The notes under the pieces: generated by a model
What the model saw: the letters and a program-made list of their open reading frames with translations, nothing else
Database searches by the model: none
Told to the model about the DNA's origin: nothing
Part shown: piece by piece, positions 11,182-22,624 of the stretch
How positions within the stretch are numbered: position 1 is the stretch's first letter
How the letters are laid out: each line of letters opens with the position of its first letter
Assembly (NCBI GenBank): GCA_002269645.1
Contig: NIVC01000599.1
Location: forward strand, 29,393 to 93,392
Length of the DNA stretch: 64,000 bases
From: Macrostomum lignano
Lineage: Eukaryota
Reading direction: 5' to 3'
Program-made: the position numbers and the translations under genes

Positions 11182-13985
11182 CCCAATCAAAAAGAAGTTG
11201 TCTTAAGACGTCTTAGAATAGTCTTAAGATGGCTAAAGACACCTCAAGACAATTTCAAGATATCTTCCACTTTGCTTCCACAAGCTATCCTGATTAAGTT
11301 GTCTTGAAGATGACTTGAAATTGACTTTTATGAGATGTCTTGTTGAAGACATCTTTAAGACATCACCTTAAAGACTAAAAATTTACATAAACAACTGTTT
11401 CTACTGTAAGTAGGAAGTTTCAGATACAAATTTATCTAGATCGTTAAAATCAATAAAAAATAAAACAAGCAACTATTGTGACATTTATCAAAAAATTTTG
11501 TTGTATTGTAGTCTGTGGAAGGTGTGCCTATTATTAAAAATCCTTTACGCTTTTGGAGTGCAATTATATGCAATTTTTTGTATTGAGTCGTTGCAAACTC
11601 TGAGACAAAGTTTAACTACAACAGTTTTGATTGGAGTAAATATATTTACAAAATTCTAAACAGCAAAGCATTAAAAAAGACTAAGTTGCAATATATATCG
11701 GTGATGCTTTTGTTAAAAACAGCTAAAATCAATATGGCGGAACGACATTTTTAAAAAGGACTAAAAGACAACCTTGTTCACCGTGAAGGCCGCCTAATTC
11801 TCGAACACTTGCTTCTATCTTTTGTAATAAGTTTCAATTTTTCATTGGCTGCTATAGCCTATATAGATTTCTGGTGTAAGCCCTACCCTAGATTTATCTT
11901 TACTTAATGCGATAATGTATTACTATTCGTAATTCGTGATGATACATCTACTATCCTCAAATTAAACCTTCCTAGTAGTATTTTTTACTAATTCTTCCTT
12001 GGATAGCTTCTAGGATTGTATTTCATATTCTAGTGCCAGGTGCCAGCAACAAACCCAGATTGGCCAGAAATGTTTTTATGCAATAGGCAATAGGGATGCT
12101 ATGTAACATCCTGACTTAAAAATTACAATTTTAAATTGGACCTTGGATGCAATGTTTTTTTAGTTAGGCCTACTGCATATCTATTGCTATGCCTAGCACT
12201 AGTAAGCACTAGTTAACTAATGCATAGTCATGTGTACATTTTAAGTTAGGCCTTAAAAGATTCCGGCATTAACTAGAGGCCCATGTACTAGGCCTAAAAC
12301 TAAAAATATATGTTTTATTTACTTCTAGCTTTTTAAAGTCAAAGTTTTATAGTTGTTGAATTGGCTTATTAGGCTATTTTGTTCTGTTGTAGGCCTCTTA
12401 GCCTTAGATAGGCCCTAGGCCTAGCTTCTTCCTTAAGCCTAAATAGTTTTTGTTTTGATTTTTATGTCAAAAGTAATAAATAATTTCCATGAGCCTAGGG
12501 TATAGCTAGGTTTATTTTTTATATGTAGAGTGTATATATGCACTTTTAATTTAAAATTGCACCCAGAAATTGAAAATTGCAATTTAAGGACAGTCTTATA
12601 ACCTGATTTTCTGTTAAACTTGAAGCCACATTTGCATTGCCCTAAATGGCTAAAATAAGAAAAATAAAAAATTGCACTTTGAGCCTTAAAATTACACTAT
12701 AAAAATGAGTATAGAGTGCACTTTTGTACCTTGTCTCTGGCAAAAAAAGAAAACCTTGGCCTATAGGCCTTTATATATTGCTTCCTCTTTGCCTTTATTA
12801 TTGGCTAATGGCATATATATGATGTTTTCAATATATCAATATTTTGAATATTAGGCCTAGTCATTAGTGCATTTTTCTTGGCTAGGCCAATGAAAATTTA
12901 AATAAAAAATAGATATAGCCTTATAATTTATTATTAGGCCTATATCACATTCAAAAATTGGATTAGGCCTAATAGAGAATAAATAGAGTTGGTATGCCTA
13001 GAAGTTTTATATAAAATTGATATTCTAATCTTTTTATTTTGCTTTGAGATTAGGCCCTAAGCTTTAGCCTATGTATTTAAGCCTAAGGCAAAGTTATTGT
13101 ATAATACACTTGTGTGAATATATAGTAGGGGCCTAGGCAATTTATTTATTAGATTTTTAATGTATATTAGTATAATAATCTATTATTTATTATTTTTTGT
13201 TTTTTTACTTATGAATTTCAAATTATTTCAGCCTAACAACCTATAAACTATAACCTTTATTAAACTTATCCTTTTCAGCCTTATCAAAACATGCTATCCA
13301 TCATAGTGGAAGCTAACCTGGATCTTGAATCTTCCTGGATTGAGCCAATTCTAAACTAGTAGTTGGCTAGCAAAGGATCAATTTACAGCAAGTTTTCCAC
13401 CAAGCAATGAGCAACTTGGTCATTATTGCATTAACCAAGTATTTCTATGCAATGACTGGGTATGATGCATTATAAAATTATACACTTGCACTTGAGTATT
13501 TTTGCATTTTTATTTAGTGTATTTTAACTTGTTTTTGATTCACCATTTTATTGCTTCTGTGACTTTTAAACTGTGCCTTTTATAAAATGAAAATATAAAT
13601 CATAAATTACATTGAACCATGTTTAGAAGCCTACTAAATAGCTTCTCTTTCATATCAATATTGCCTGAAACGAAACAAAAGAGTGCTGTAATATTTTTAG
13701 TCATTTTTCTTTTAAACAACTGTGATTGCAATGGCAACAGCATTTCTTAAATGATCTTGGGCAAGATGTCTTCTGCAAGTCATCTGGAAGATGTCTTTAA
13801 GTAGATTTTAAGATGTCTTGAAGATGTCTGAAGACGTCTTCAAGTTATCTCTAAGTTGTCTACAAGTGTTGCAAGGAGCCAATTTTTAGACCGAATTAAG
13901 TCAATTGTAAGATGTCTTGAAGACATCTTTCTGTCTTATGCAAGACATCTTTAAGACATAATTAAGCCAACTTTTTTTGATCGGG
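11182..13985. mobile_element. Nested non-autonomous CMC/EnSpm-like DNA transposon, 2.8 kb
   Basis: TIRs CCCAATCAAAAAGAAGTTG and CAACTTTTTTTGATCGGG, a 2-bp TSD (TT/TT), and many AAGAC(G/A)TCTT subterminal repeats at both ends around an AT-rich interior. Confidence 0.7.
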
Positions 13986-14210
13986 TTAGATAGAGTCAGC
14001 TAGCTTTTGTGTTATTCCTGAACAATGTCTGTTTCTTGGCGAATCCGGTGGCGAAAAGTATATTGTCGACATAAGTTTTTTGTAAAGTATTACAAGCAGT
14101 TTCTCGAAACAAAAAACAATAACTCATTAAGAACAACTGTATTTGTGTAAATGTCTTGTACTATGTATAGATTATTGCAGTTACTATCGTAGTTGAGGGG
14201 AAAGAACAAA

Positions 14211-14769
14211 TGGTCGTATGAATAAAGTGAGTAGTTGCTCAAACTCGGCGAGATTCTCAAATCAGTATGAATAAAATGAGTGCGTCCTCCTGAGCAAGTG
14301 CTCAAAATCAATTTCCCAAGAGTTACATGTAGTGCTCTCCCCGTGAGCAAATGCTCGGTGACTGAGTAGAGACTCGCTTCAGTATGAATAAACTCTGGTC
14401 ATAAACGATTGCAATTTGTCTTGAGATCTTGCTCAGCAAAAGTTGAGTCTCCTCTGTAGTAGACTCACTGGTTGAGCAGCATCCAGCCATGTCCCTAAGC
14501 GGCAAATAGCGTCTATGTCCCTACGCTATTGAACTCAAATTTATAGGCAACCCATAGGCTTTTTCGCACAAGTAACGAAAACCAGCGGTCGCACTTTACC
14601 TGTTACCGCCATACAAAAGTGGCCTATCTAGGGAATATAAGATCTATGATTCATATGAACATTGAGCAACTGCTCCAGATCAGAGCAGTTGCTCGAGTTC
14701 GAGCTTTTGCTCAATCTCAGAGTTTGAGGTGAAACTCGCCAGTTATTGCTCACTGTAGTCATACGGCCA
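14211..14769. mobile_element. Nested MITE (~560 bp) with imperfect TIRs
   Basis: TGGTCGTATGAATAAAGTGAG at the left end versus CTCACTGTAGTCATACGGCCA at the right, repeated GAGCA-N2-TGCTC palindromic motifs inside, and AAA on both flanks. Confidence 0.55.
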
Positions 14770-14824
14770 AAATAAAGCTAGGAAATTTTAGGAAATGTAA
14801 CTTTCATATAAACAAACATAACCG

Positions 14825-17795
14825 TCAGCTGTCTAAATTAATGCATGTGACACACACCTTGTTGTTCTGGTCTTGTTGTCGAGTCCAGCAAGATTTGTGA
14901 AACCAGAAGAGGCACGATGGGCACTCGATCTGCAGATTTTATGCGGTATAGCTATGCCTCATACGCTCGTATATACTTACATGAATTACCTTAGTGCGTC
15001 CAAAAAGTTCTTAGACACCCCTCCTATCTCTGCACATGTTCAATCGATTTTTATAAAAATTGACAAAAACATGTACCTATATGTAATGAATTCAGTGCTA
15101 AAGTTTCAGCTTAATCGGGTTGACATAGCAAAAGAAATTGATCGTTTCTAAGGTACACTAAGGTGTTAATTTTCAACGTAACTTACCCACTCAATTGTAC
15201 TCGTAGAACGATTTCGACCCCGCGGCCGGGGTTCTTCTAAATGGCAACCGTGGCATGTGTTTTGCTCTGATTTTTCGTCAAAATTGGTTATTGCTGTCTT
15301 TATAATGCCTCGAGCAACGGACAGCTTTGGCTGCACATTAGGTATAATAGTGCACCTACCAAGCAATAAATTTCTTCCAAAGAGCGAAACAAAAACGCCG
15401 CAGGAGTCGGAGTCTATTTGCTGCGTGCAAATCCGATGGGAAACTGCGAAGCATTCCCTCTGGGAGTTTTCAATGAGTGGGCCAAGACATTCGTCGACAT
15501 CTGACAATAGGAGTAGCGCGCTGAAACCGTAAAACGAATTTTATAGATGCAGAGATTTGCATAAGGTGTAATAAAATAATTTTAGGCTTGGTACATTCCT
15601 TACTTCCACTTTCTTGCTATTTCCTCCACTTCATTCTTTCTTCTTCCGCCAGTGCGCCTCATCGAGTCCAGTGAGTAGATTTTTTTCTCATCAAGAAGGA
15701 TTGCTACGAGCCAAAAATGGCTCGGCGACAACATTGGAATCAGAATTTTTGTTATTTTCTAATTGTTGGATAGTGGTAAGAACAAAATGGATTGTATCGT
15801 TTCTTTAATAATTAATATACGAGTAATTTGTATTTGCAATTGTACTTACGCTTCTTCCTGTCGCGTAGTTCTGCAAGGCTTCTTTTGTCGGAAGCAGAAG
15901 ATTGTTTGGGTTGTCAATGACTGCATAAAAGTCGCTTTGCTTCATGACAACAGCGTCTTCGATTCCGCTAGCCACCGCAGCCAAATAGCCGTATACAACC
16001 TAATATGTTACAGCATACGTGTATGGTTACAAGAATGTGAAACGTACTTAGGGAATTTACTCAGATTACACAAAATTACGCTCACGGAGTAATCCAACCA
16101 ACTAGATCCATCAAGAGTTGCTAGTTGATCATAAGTTACTATTGTGCCGTGAATATCTCGGAGAGTGACAAAATTAGGCTCCGGCTGTGTCGACTGCTGA
16201 TTCTGAAACTGTTGCTGCTGCCGTTCTGTCTGCTGCTGTTGCTGTTGTGGGGGCTGGTCATGTTGCTGTTTCTGAGACTGTTGCTGCTGCCGTTCTGTCT
16301 GCTGCTGTTGCTGTTGTGGGGGCTGGTCATGTTGCTGATTCTGAGACTGTTGCTGCTGCCGTTCTGTCTGCTGCTGTTGCTGTTGTGGGGGCTGGTCATG
16401 TTGCTGATTCTGAGAGTGATAAATTATTTTTACAAAGTTCCTCGTTGTATACTTCGCTCGTCTTCTATCCCACTGCTCCTGCGCTCCTTCTGGAGTCATG
16501 GAATCGTGCTTTCTCTTTCGAGGGCAGAAAAATGGTCGAGACTTCGTTTTGTGGGCGATGTTTGCTTCTTTGATTCTGTCATGAATGAATTCTGCGTTGG
16601 ATTTACAAAACATTGCGGGCGAAAGAGGCAGTTCCAGAGTTGATTTTATTTGTTTGATTATGGAAGCTAGGTAATTTAATTGCTCAGCAGAGTACATTAC
16701 AACTCGAAGTGGCTCGCAGCATCTTTCTCTCACAATTCCAGGCAAATATGGGTGTGAGTAATCACGTTTCAGTCCTTCCTGCATGCGAATCAATTCTATA
16801 AAAACATCTTTGTGCAGTTTCTCCTTCCTCCGAGAGCTTTTCAATACCCTTTTAAGGACATTTCTTGATTTGCAGGAGTCAAAATTCATCGCGAGAACAT
16901 GCATCATATGTTTCTTTTCAAGCATGAGTTTCCGATGGGCTTCTGTAACACCTTTGCAAGAGTCGATTTTCCTTTTTAACAAAATTTCTTCTGCTTGAGT
17001 CGTTCTCCTAAACGTTGGCGATTCAGCTTCTTTGTGGTTATAAGTTCCCTCTGCATAAACCTTCCAAACCCATCTTTCTGAACACGTGGGTTGTTCTTTC
17101 ATAATAAAAGTAAATTTGCGAAGGCACCCTTTAATTTTACACGCAGCCTTAACGGTCCAAAAATTGCTTTCCGCCTTCCGAGATCGAAGAGATTTAACGT
17201 GACAGTAACCTCTCATGCGTAGACAGCAAGTCGAGATTCTACGCAGTGCTTTACAGAGGGCTTCGTTTAGGTTGGATTTCGAAAAGGAAAATTTACGCGT
17301 ATTTTCTAGCTGCTTGAGGTCAACGGCTTTAATTTCTGCGGGTTCAAAATATATTTCTTGGGTATCTGTTTCTTGATCCAAAACTAAAAGGCTCTCTTTA
17401 GGAGGTGGTGTCTGGTGTCTCGACTCGTGCATATTATCTTCTTCTTCAATGCAAACTACCGTCCCAGAGCCTCCAGTTGAGGATGATGAGTTTTCAGTAT
17501 CTGATGGAGCCCCTGACGACTGTAAGGGTACATGTACATGTACTGGTGTTGGAGGTGAACTGGGTGGACTGGGTGCTTGATTGGAATCCCGTCGAATCCA
17601 ATTCCACATAAGCAATCGATTGCGAACTGTGTTGCGTAGATTGAGTCTCGCTGACAATAATAAATAAATTGCTCCTGGCGAACGATAGTCTGTTGGAATG
17701 CCATGTTTTTTAACAGCCTCCAAAACGGCGGAACTAATCTGGAAAGTAACCAACAAACGCACAGAATAAAATGCGCGTTTCTTTAAGTCTACCAT
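14825..17795 (-). CDS. NOF/MULE-like transposase derivative fused to a Ulp1 (C48) SUMO protease and a PHD finger; 5 exons, ~817 aa, DDE core apparently deleted
   Basis: Exons 17795-16086, 15999-15850, 15758-15604, 15520-15187 and 14929-14825 are all GT-AG with consistent phases (0,0,2,0). N-terminal region: WTVKAACKIKGC..F.F...VYAEGTYNH...VLKRVLK...LHKDVFIEL...PGIV...PLRVVMYSAEQL. Ulp1 motifs: LATLDGSSWLDYS|VVYGYL, ILIPM..SHFWLVAI..IYSLDS, QQIDSDSCGVF. PHD: CHGC...EW|IECPSCLFWFHKSC...CVTC. Confidence 0.85.
16195..16415 (-). repeat. In-frame 69-bp coding repeat x3 (QNQQHDQPPQQQQQQTERQQQQS)
   Basis: Period 69 (16221, 16290, 16359); forms the Gln-rich linker ahead of the Ulp1 domain. Confidence 0.9.
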
Positions 17796-18423
17796 CGATC
17801 CTACATGTGGTAGACGTAGAGGCTACCCATACGGCAGTCAGCAACACGATATGTTATTTAACTTACCTCTTTCTTCGATGGGTAACAAGAACACGCAATA
17901 AACAATGTAAAAAGCAAGACTATAAGCTTCATACTGAAGTAGAGAATATATACTATTTTCCAATAATTAGTTTTTATAAATTCACCACATTTACGCAGAC
18001 ATTGACAAACCAAAAAGGACAGAATTTTTTTGACAAGCGCGTGAACGATTCTGAAATTGAAAAACTTGACATTAACTTTGCATCCATATCCAAAGATCCA
18101 CAAAATACTGCTGCTGAATTTGCTATAAGAGGTGTGTACAGTTTCTTGCATTCCTAGAGTAATTTGCTTAAACGAGGACAGTTGGAATGTACAGCAACTT
18201 CTGTGTACAGTTGTCAGTTGCAGAGAAACAAACAGCATTGATTATAGGAATAGCGCAAATTAGATGAGTGATGACTCAACATACTTAAGGTACCGATCAA
18301 TGATAGCTAAAAAGTGCATTAGGAATTGACAAAACTTGCCAGTTGCAAAAATAAAGCATTAAAGACGTAGTATGAAGTCAAAGCCAGCAGACAATTGTTC
18401 TGACTGAAACTGCAAAGTGCATA

Positions 18424-20385
18424 GAAAGCACACTTTGGAAGCAGATATCCCGGGAAATGCAAAAGTCAGACATGTGTCTAAGGTGTCACTGCAAAGCTGA
18501 GACATGCGTCAAGAAGTGGTAGAAGTTTCAGAGCAAATGATTGAAGCATAGAGACGGAGCAATAAGTCAAAGTTTTGGTTGGTCTTGGTACGGATGATGA
18601 ATGACTCACGGAAAGCACACTTTGGAAGCAGATATCCCGGGAAATACAAAAGTCAGACATGTGTCTAAGGTGTCACTGCAAAGCTGAGACATGCGTCAAG
18701 AAGTGGTAGAAGTTTCAGAGCAAATGATTGAAGCATAGAGACGGAGCAATAAGTCAAAGTTTTGGTTGGTCTTGGTACGGATGATGAATGACTCACGGAA
18801 AGCACACTTTGGAAGCAGATATCCCGGGAAATACAAAAGTCAGACATGTGTCTAAGGTGTCACTGCAAAGCTGAGACATGCGTCAAGAAGTGGTAGAAGT
18901 TTCAGAGCAAATGATTGAAGCATAGAGACGGAGCGATAAGTCAAAGTTTTGGTTGGTCTTGGTACGGATGATGAATGACTCACGGAAAGCACACTTTGGA
19001 AGCAGATATCCCGGGAAATACAAAAGTCAGACATGTGTCTAAGGTGTCACTGCAAAGCTGAGACATGCGTCAAGAAGTGGTAGAAGTTTCAGAGCAAATG
19101 ATTGAAGCATAGAGACGGAGCGATAAGTCAAAGTTTTGGTTGGTCTTGGTACGAATGATGAATGACTCACGGAAAGCACACTTTGGAAGCAGATATCCCG
19201 GGAAATACAAAAGTAGGACATGTGTCTAAGGTGTCACTGCAAAGCTGAGACATGCGTCAAGAAGTGGTAGAAGTTTCAGAGCAAATGATTGAAGCATAGA
19301 GACGGAGCGATAAGTCAAAGTTTTGGTTGGTCTTGGTACGGATGATGAATGACTCACGGAAAGCACACTTTGGAAGCAGATATCCCGGGAAATACAAAAG
19401 TCAGACATGTGTCTAAGGTGTCACTGCAAAGCTGAGACATGCGTCAAGAAGTGGTAGAAGTTTCAGAGCAAATGATTGAAGCATAGAGACGGAGCGATAA
19501 GTCAAAGTTTTGGTTGGTCTTGGTACGGATGATGAATGACTCACGGAAAGCACACTTTGGAAGCAGATATCCCGGGAAATACAAAAGTCAGACATGTGTC
19601 TAAGGTGTCACTGCAAAGCTGAGACATGCGTCAAGAAGTGGTAGAAGTTTCAGAGCAAATGATTGAAGCATAGAGACGGAGCAATAAGTCAAAGTTTTGG
19701 TTGGTCTTGGTACGGATGATGAATGACTCACGGAAAGCACACTTTGGAAGCAGATATCCCGGGAAATACAAAAGTCAGACATGTGTCTAAGGTGTCACTG
19801 CAAAGCTGAGACATGCGTCAAGAAGTGGTAGAAGTTTCAGAGCAAATGATTGAAGCATAGAGACGGAGCGATAAGTCAAAGTTTTGGTTGGTCTTGGTAC
19901 GAATGATGAATGACTCACGGAAAGCACACTTTGGAAGCAGATATCCCGGGAAATACAAAAGTAGGACATGTGTCTAAGGTGTCACTGCAAAGCTGAGACA
20001 TGCGTCAAGAAGTGGTAGAAGTTTCAGAGCAAATGATTGAAGCATAGAGACGGAGCGATAAGTCAAAGTTTTGGTTGGTCTTGGTACGGATGATGAATGA
20101 CTCACGGAAAGCACACTTTGGAAGCAGATATCCCGGGAAATACAAAAGTAGGACATGTGTCTAAGGTGTCACTGCAAAGCTGAGACATGCGTCAAGAAGT
20201 GGTAGAAGTTTCAGAGCAAATGATTGAAGCATAGAGACGGAGCGATAAGTCAAAGTTTTGGTTGGTCTTGGTACGGATGATGAATGACTCACGGAAAGCA
20301 CACTTTGGAAGCAGATATCCCAGGAAATACAAAAGTAGGACATGTGTCTAAGGTGTCATTGCAAAGTTGAGACATGCGTCAGAAA
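18424..20385 (-). repeat. 187-bp tandem array in the right Foldback arm (~10.5 units), inverted relative to the left arm
   Basis: Reverse complement of the 10205-11030 unit with period 187 (18478 to 20161). Confidence 0.95.
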
Positions 20386-21598
20386 CTGACAAAAAATTCA
20401 TTGCTACCGTTACTTCATAAGTTCTTTGGCGTGAGAATTTTTTTGTAAGGAATGTGTGATAAAATTCGTTTTGACACACTTTGTATTCGTACTAATATTT
20501 TTTTCTTTAAGACATAAAATTTTTGTCTACAAAATTTTAAAGCTGAATACGGCGTCAGAGTAAGTAATGCATCCCGAAACATAAATTCATTTTTTGTTTG
20601 AATTATCCGTTTGAAGGAGAAAATATCTGTCGCGAATATCTGTCGGGGAACCCTCACATATTTTTTTAGAGCAAATTTCGATTTCGAAAAAATTTCGGAA
20701 GTCAAAATTTCGGAAGTGCCTACTTCCGAAATTTTTATCTAATTTTAGTTTTTTAGAACTTCGTTACTGTCTTTTATCGGTGATATTATACAGTTTTTAC
20801 ATGTAAAACTTTTTGAATTTGTTAAAACTGTTCCATGCATGTAGGACATGTAACATGGTAGTTTGTACATGTGGAACTGTAAATTTTCGTAAATTTTGTT
20901 GCACTTTAAAGCTGCAAAAGCGTCTGCTGATATATTGCATATTTTTCGCATTTTACAGTATATATATGTACATTTACCGTACATGTACATGCATTATCGT
21001 TTACACGATCTCAGTTATTGCTAGTCATGCAGTACTGATACATGTACATTTTAACTGTACATTTTATACATGTACAACTCAGTATACACCCTATACCCTA
21101 CCGCCTAGACGGATAAAGGCAGAGAAATTTGTTTTGTCTAGCAGGGAAAAGGCGCGCTTTGCTGCCGTGCTTTAATACCGTCTAGTAATATATGCAATAT
21201 ACGCGCCTTAGTCTTTCTTTTAAAGGCACTAGTTCAAATAAATTACTTAACATATTTACAGTATATGTAGTTTTCGCGTCGAAAAAAAAAATTTGCATTT
21301 AAAAGTGGCAATGAGGGATTCTACTTATTTAGTGGCCGAAAATAAACGAACTTCTGCTAAACATACATGTATTTTGTTTTGCATGAGCAGTAAATCGAAA
21401 GTAGAAAAGTGAGTGTCGGTTGTACTAAACTTTGTTTTTCTGAATTACGATTTCGGAAAATTTCGATTTCGATTTCGATTTCGACAGAAAATTCGCTTTC
21501 GGAACATCTCTACGACTACAATTGTGTGCCTATGTTGCTTAAAGTGTACCAGGGTGCATACAACCCCCCTGCCTCTAATAAAAAATCATTGCAACTAT

Positions 21599-21874
21599 CA
21601 TACATGTGCAACCCCCCTGATTTACACTGGCTATGCAACTTACTTTTTGACCAAAAATGCCACTTACCTGTGAAAGAAACCCTAAAGCAGAATTAATGCA
21701 ATTTTGGGTAAATGGCAAGAGTAACTATAACTGTCTTATAAGGGCTAAATGCCTCGTCATCTAATTAGTACTACATCTATTCTTTGGGTTTGGGCATTTT
21801 TGCAACTTACCCCTGGTCCTCCACAATTTACAGTGGCCAGATTGGCCAGGCTGGCCAGCAGTTGTGCATGTATG
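21599..21874 (+). mobile_element. hAT-type MITE (276 bp) carrying a 28S rDNA-derived core, copy 1
   Basis: TIRs CATACATGTGCAAC and GTTGTGCATGTATG, perfect 8-bp TSD GCAACTAT (21591-21598 and 21875-21882). Positions 21706-21769 match the conserved LSU rRNA segment at about 53/64. Confidence 0.85.
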
Positions 21875-21953
21875 GCAACTATTACATTTGAAAAAATAGA
21901 TAGTTTAGCTATATGATTGAATGGATTGTGCTGTCATATTATTGGATTAACAC

Positions 21954-22227
21954 CATACATGCGCAATAGTTGGCCGAGTCGGCCGATCTGGCCGACTGAT
22001 TTGGCGGCCAACCAAGGAAGTCGCAAAAATGCCCACCCAAAAAAATAACCAAGTAGTAGTACTAAGTAGCTGACGAGGCATTTTGGCCTTATAAGACAGT
22101 CATAGTTACTCCTGCCGATTACCCAAAGTTGCATTAATTTTGCTTTAAGTTTTTTTACATATAAGTCGCATTTTTTGTTAAAACTAAGTCGCACGGCCCA
22201 CCGAATTTCAGAGGTTGCGCATGTATG
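21954..22227 (-). mobile_element. hAT-type MITE (274 bp) carrying a 28S rDNA-derived core, copy 2, in opposite orientation
   Basis: TIRs CATACATGCGCAAT and GTTGCGCATGTATG, perfect 8-bp TSD ATTAACAC (21946-21953 and 22228-22235). The reverse complement of 22061-22124 matches the LSU segment at about 52/64. Confidence 0.85.
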
Positions 22228-22624
22228 ATTAACACCACTTATTAGTCAAAGAAGTAATCATGACTCATGAGACTTGTAGTCTAGGTTTCATTTTTGTCAT
22301 AAGCTTATGCCATGACTTAGGCCTATCAAATTTAATTTTGGCATCCTAAATTTAGACCTTAGCTAAGATGCCAAAGTAACATCTTAATTTCTATGAGCTG
22401 GATAGTCACATCAGTCATGTGATTGTCATGTGATTGATATCATATTTATTACTTTTTGGGATTCTTGTGATTTTAAGACTTCTATCAATTATCAAAGTCA
22501 AGTAATCCTATAAATATGGACATTTAAAATATTCAGGCTTATATATACATATGTATGTGTAAGTCAGGGTATACTTGTATAGACTTAGGTATAGATTTAT
22601 GTTTACTAATATCTAGACTTATGC

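Larger units (their letters stand above)
9926..20659. mobile_element. Foldback (FB-NOF-like, MULE superfamily) element, 10.7 kb, with long modular inverted arms
   Basis: Arms begin ATGTGAGGGTTCCCCGACA and end TGTCGGGGAACCCTCACAT. Each has ~280 bp of near-identical unique sequence followed by a 187-bp tandem array. Flanks are ATTTTTTT on both sides (or ATTTTTTTA, 9 bp, with 1-nt asymmetry). A NOF-like gene sits in the centre. Confidence 0.85.
9869..21512. mobile_element. hAT-like non-autonomous element (~0.9 kb of its own sequence) split by the Foldback insertion
   Basis: TIRs TAGAGATGTTCCGAAA (9869) and TTTCGGAACATCTCTA (ends 21512), with (TTTCGA)n subterminal repeats at both ends. The left flank CAATTGTG (9861-9868) recurs at 21519-21526, 6 nt beyond the right TIR. 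Confidence 0.7.

Noticed and set aside
17771-18238. Overlapping ORFs upstream of the NOF-like gene as a second element-encoded gene or extra 5' exons
   Set aside because: No recognisable motif, and I could not build a convincing splice path.
18478-20343. Ten near-identical 60-aa ORFs (MS(D/Y)FCISRDIC...), plus four at 10242-10985
   Set aside because: These are by-products of the 187-bp satellite. In the right arm the peptide actually reads from the minus strand, although the track labels it +. There is no evidence of coding function.
21706-22124. 28S-like segments as an rRNA gene, or the pair as the two TIRs of one element
   Set aside because: Only 64 nt match and the flanks are non-rRNA. 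Each copy has its own TIR pair and a distinct 8-bp TSD, so they are two separate MITEs.
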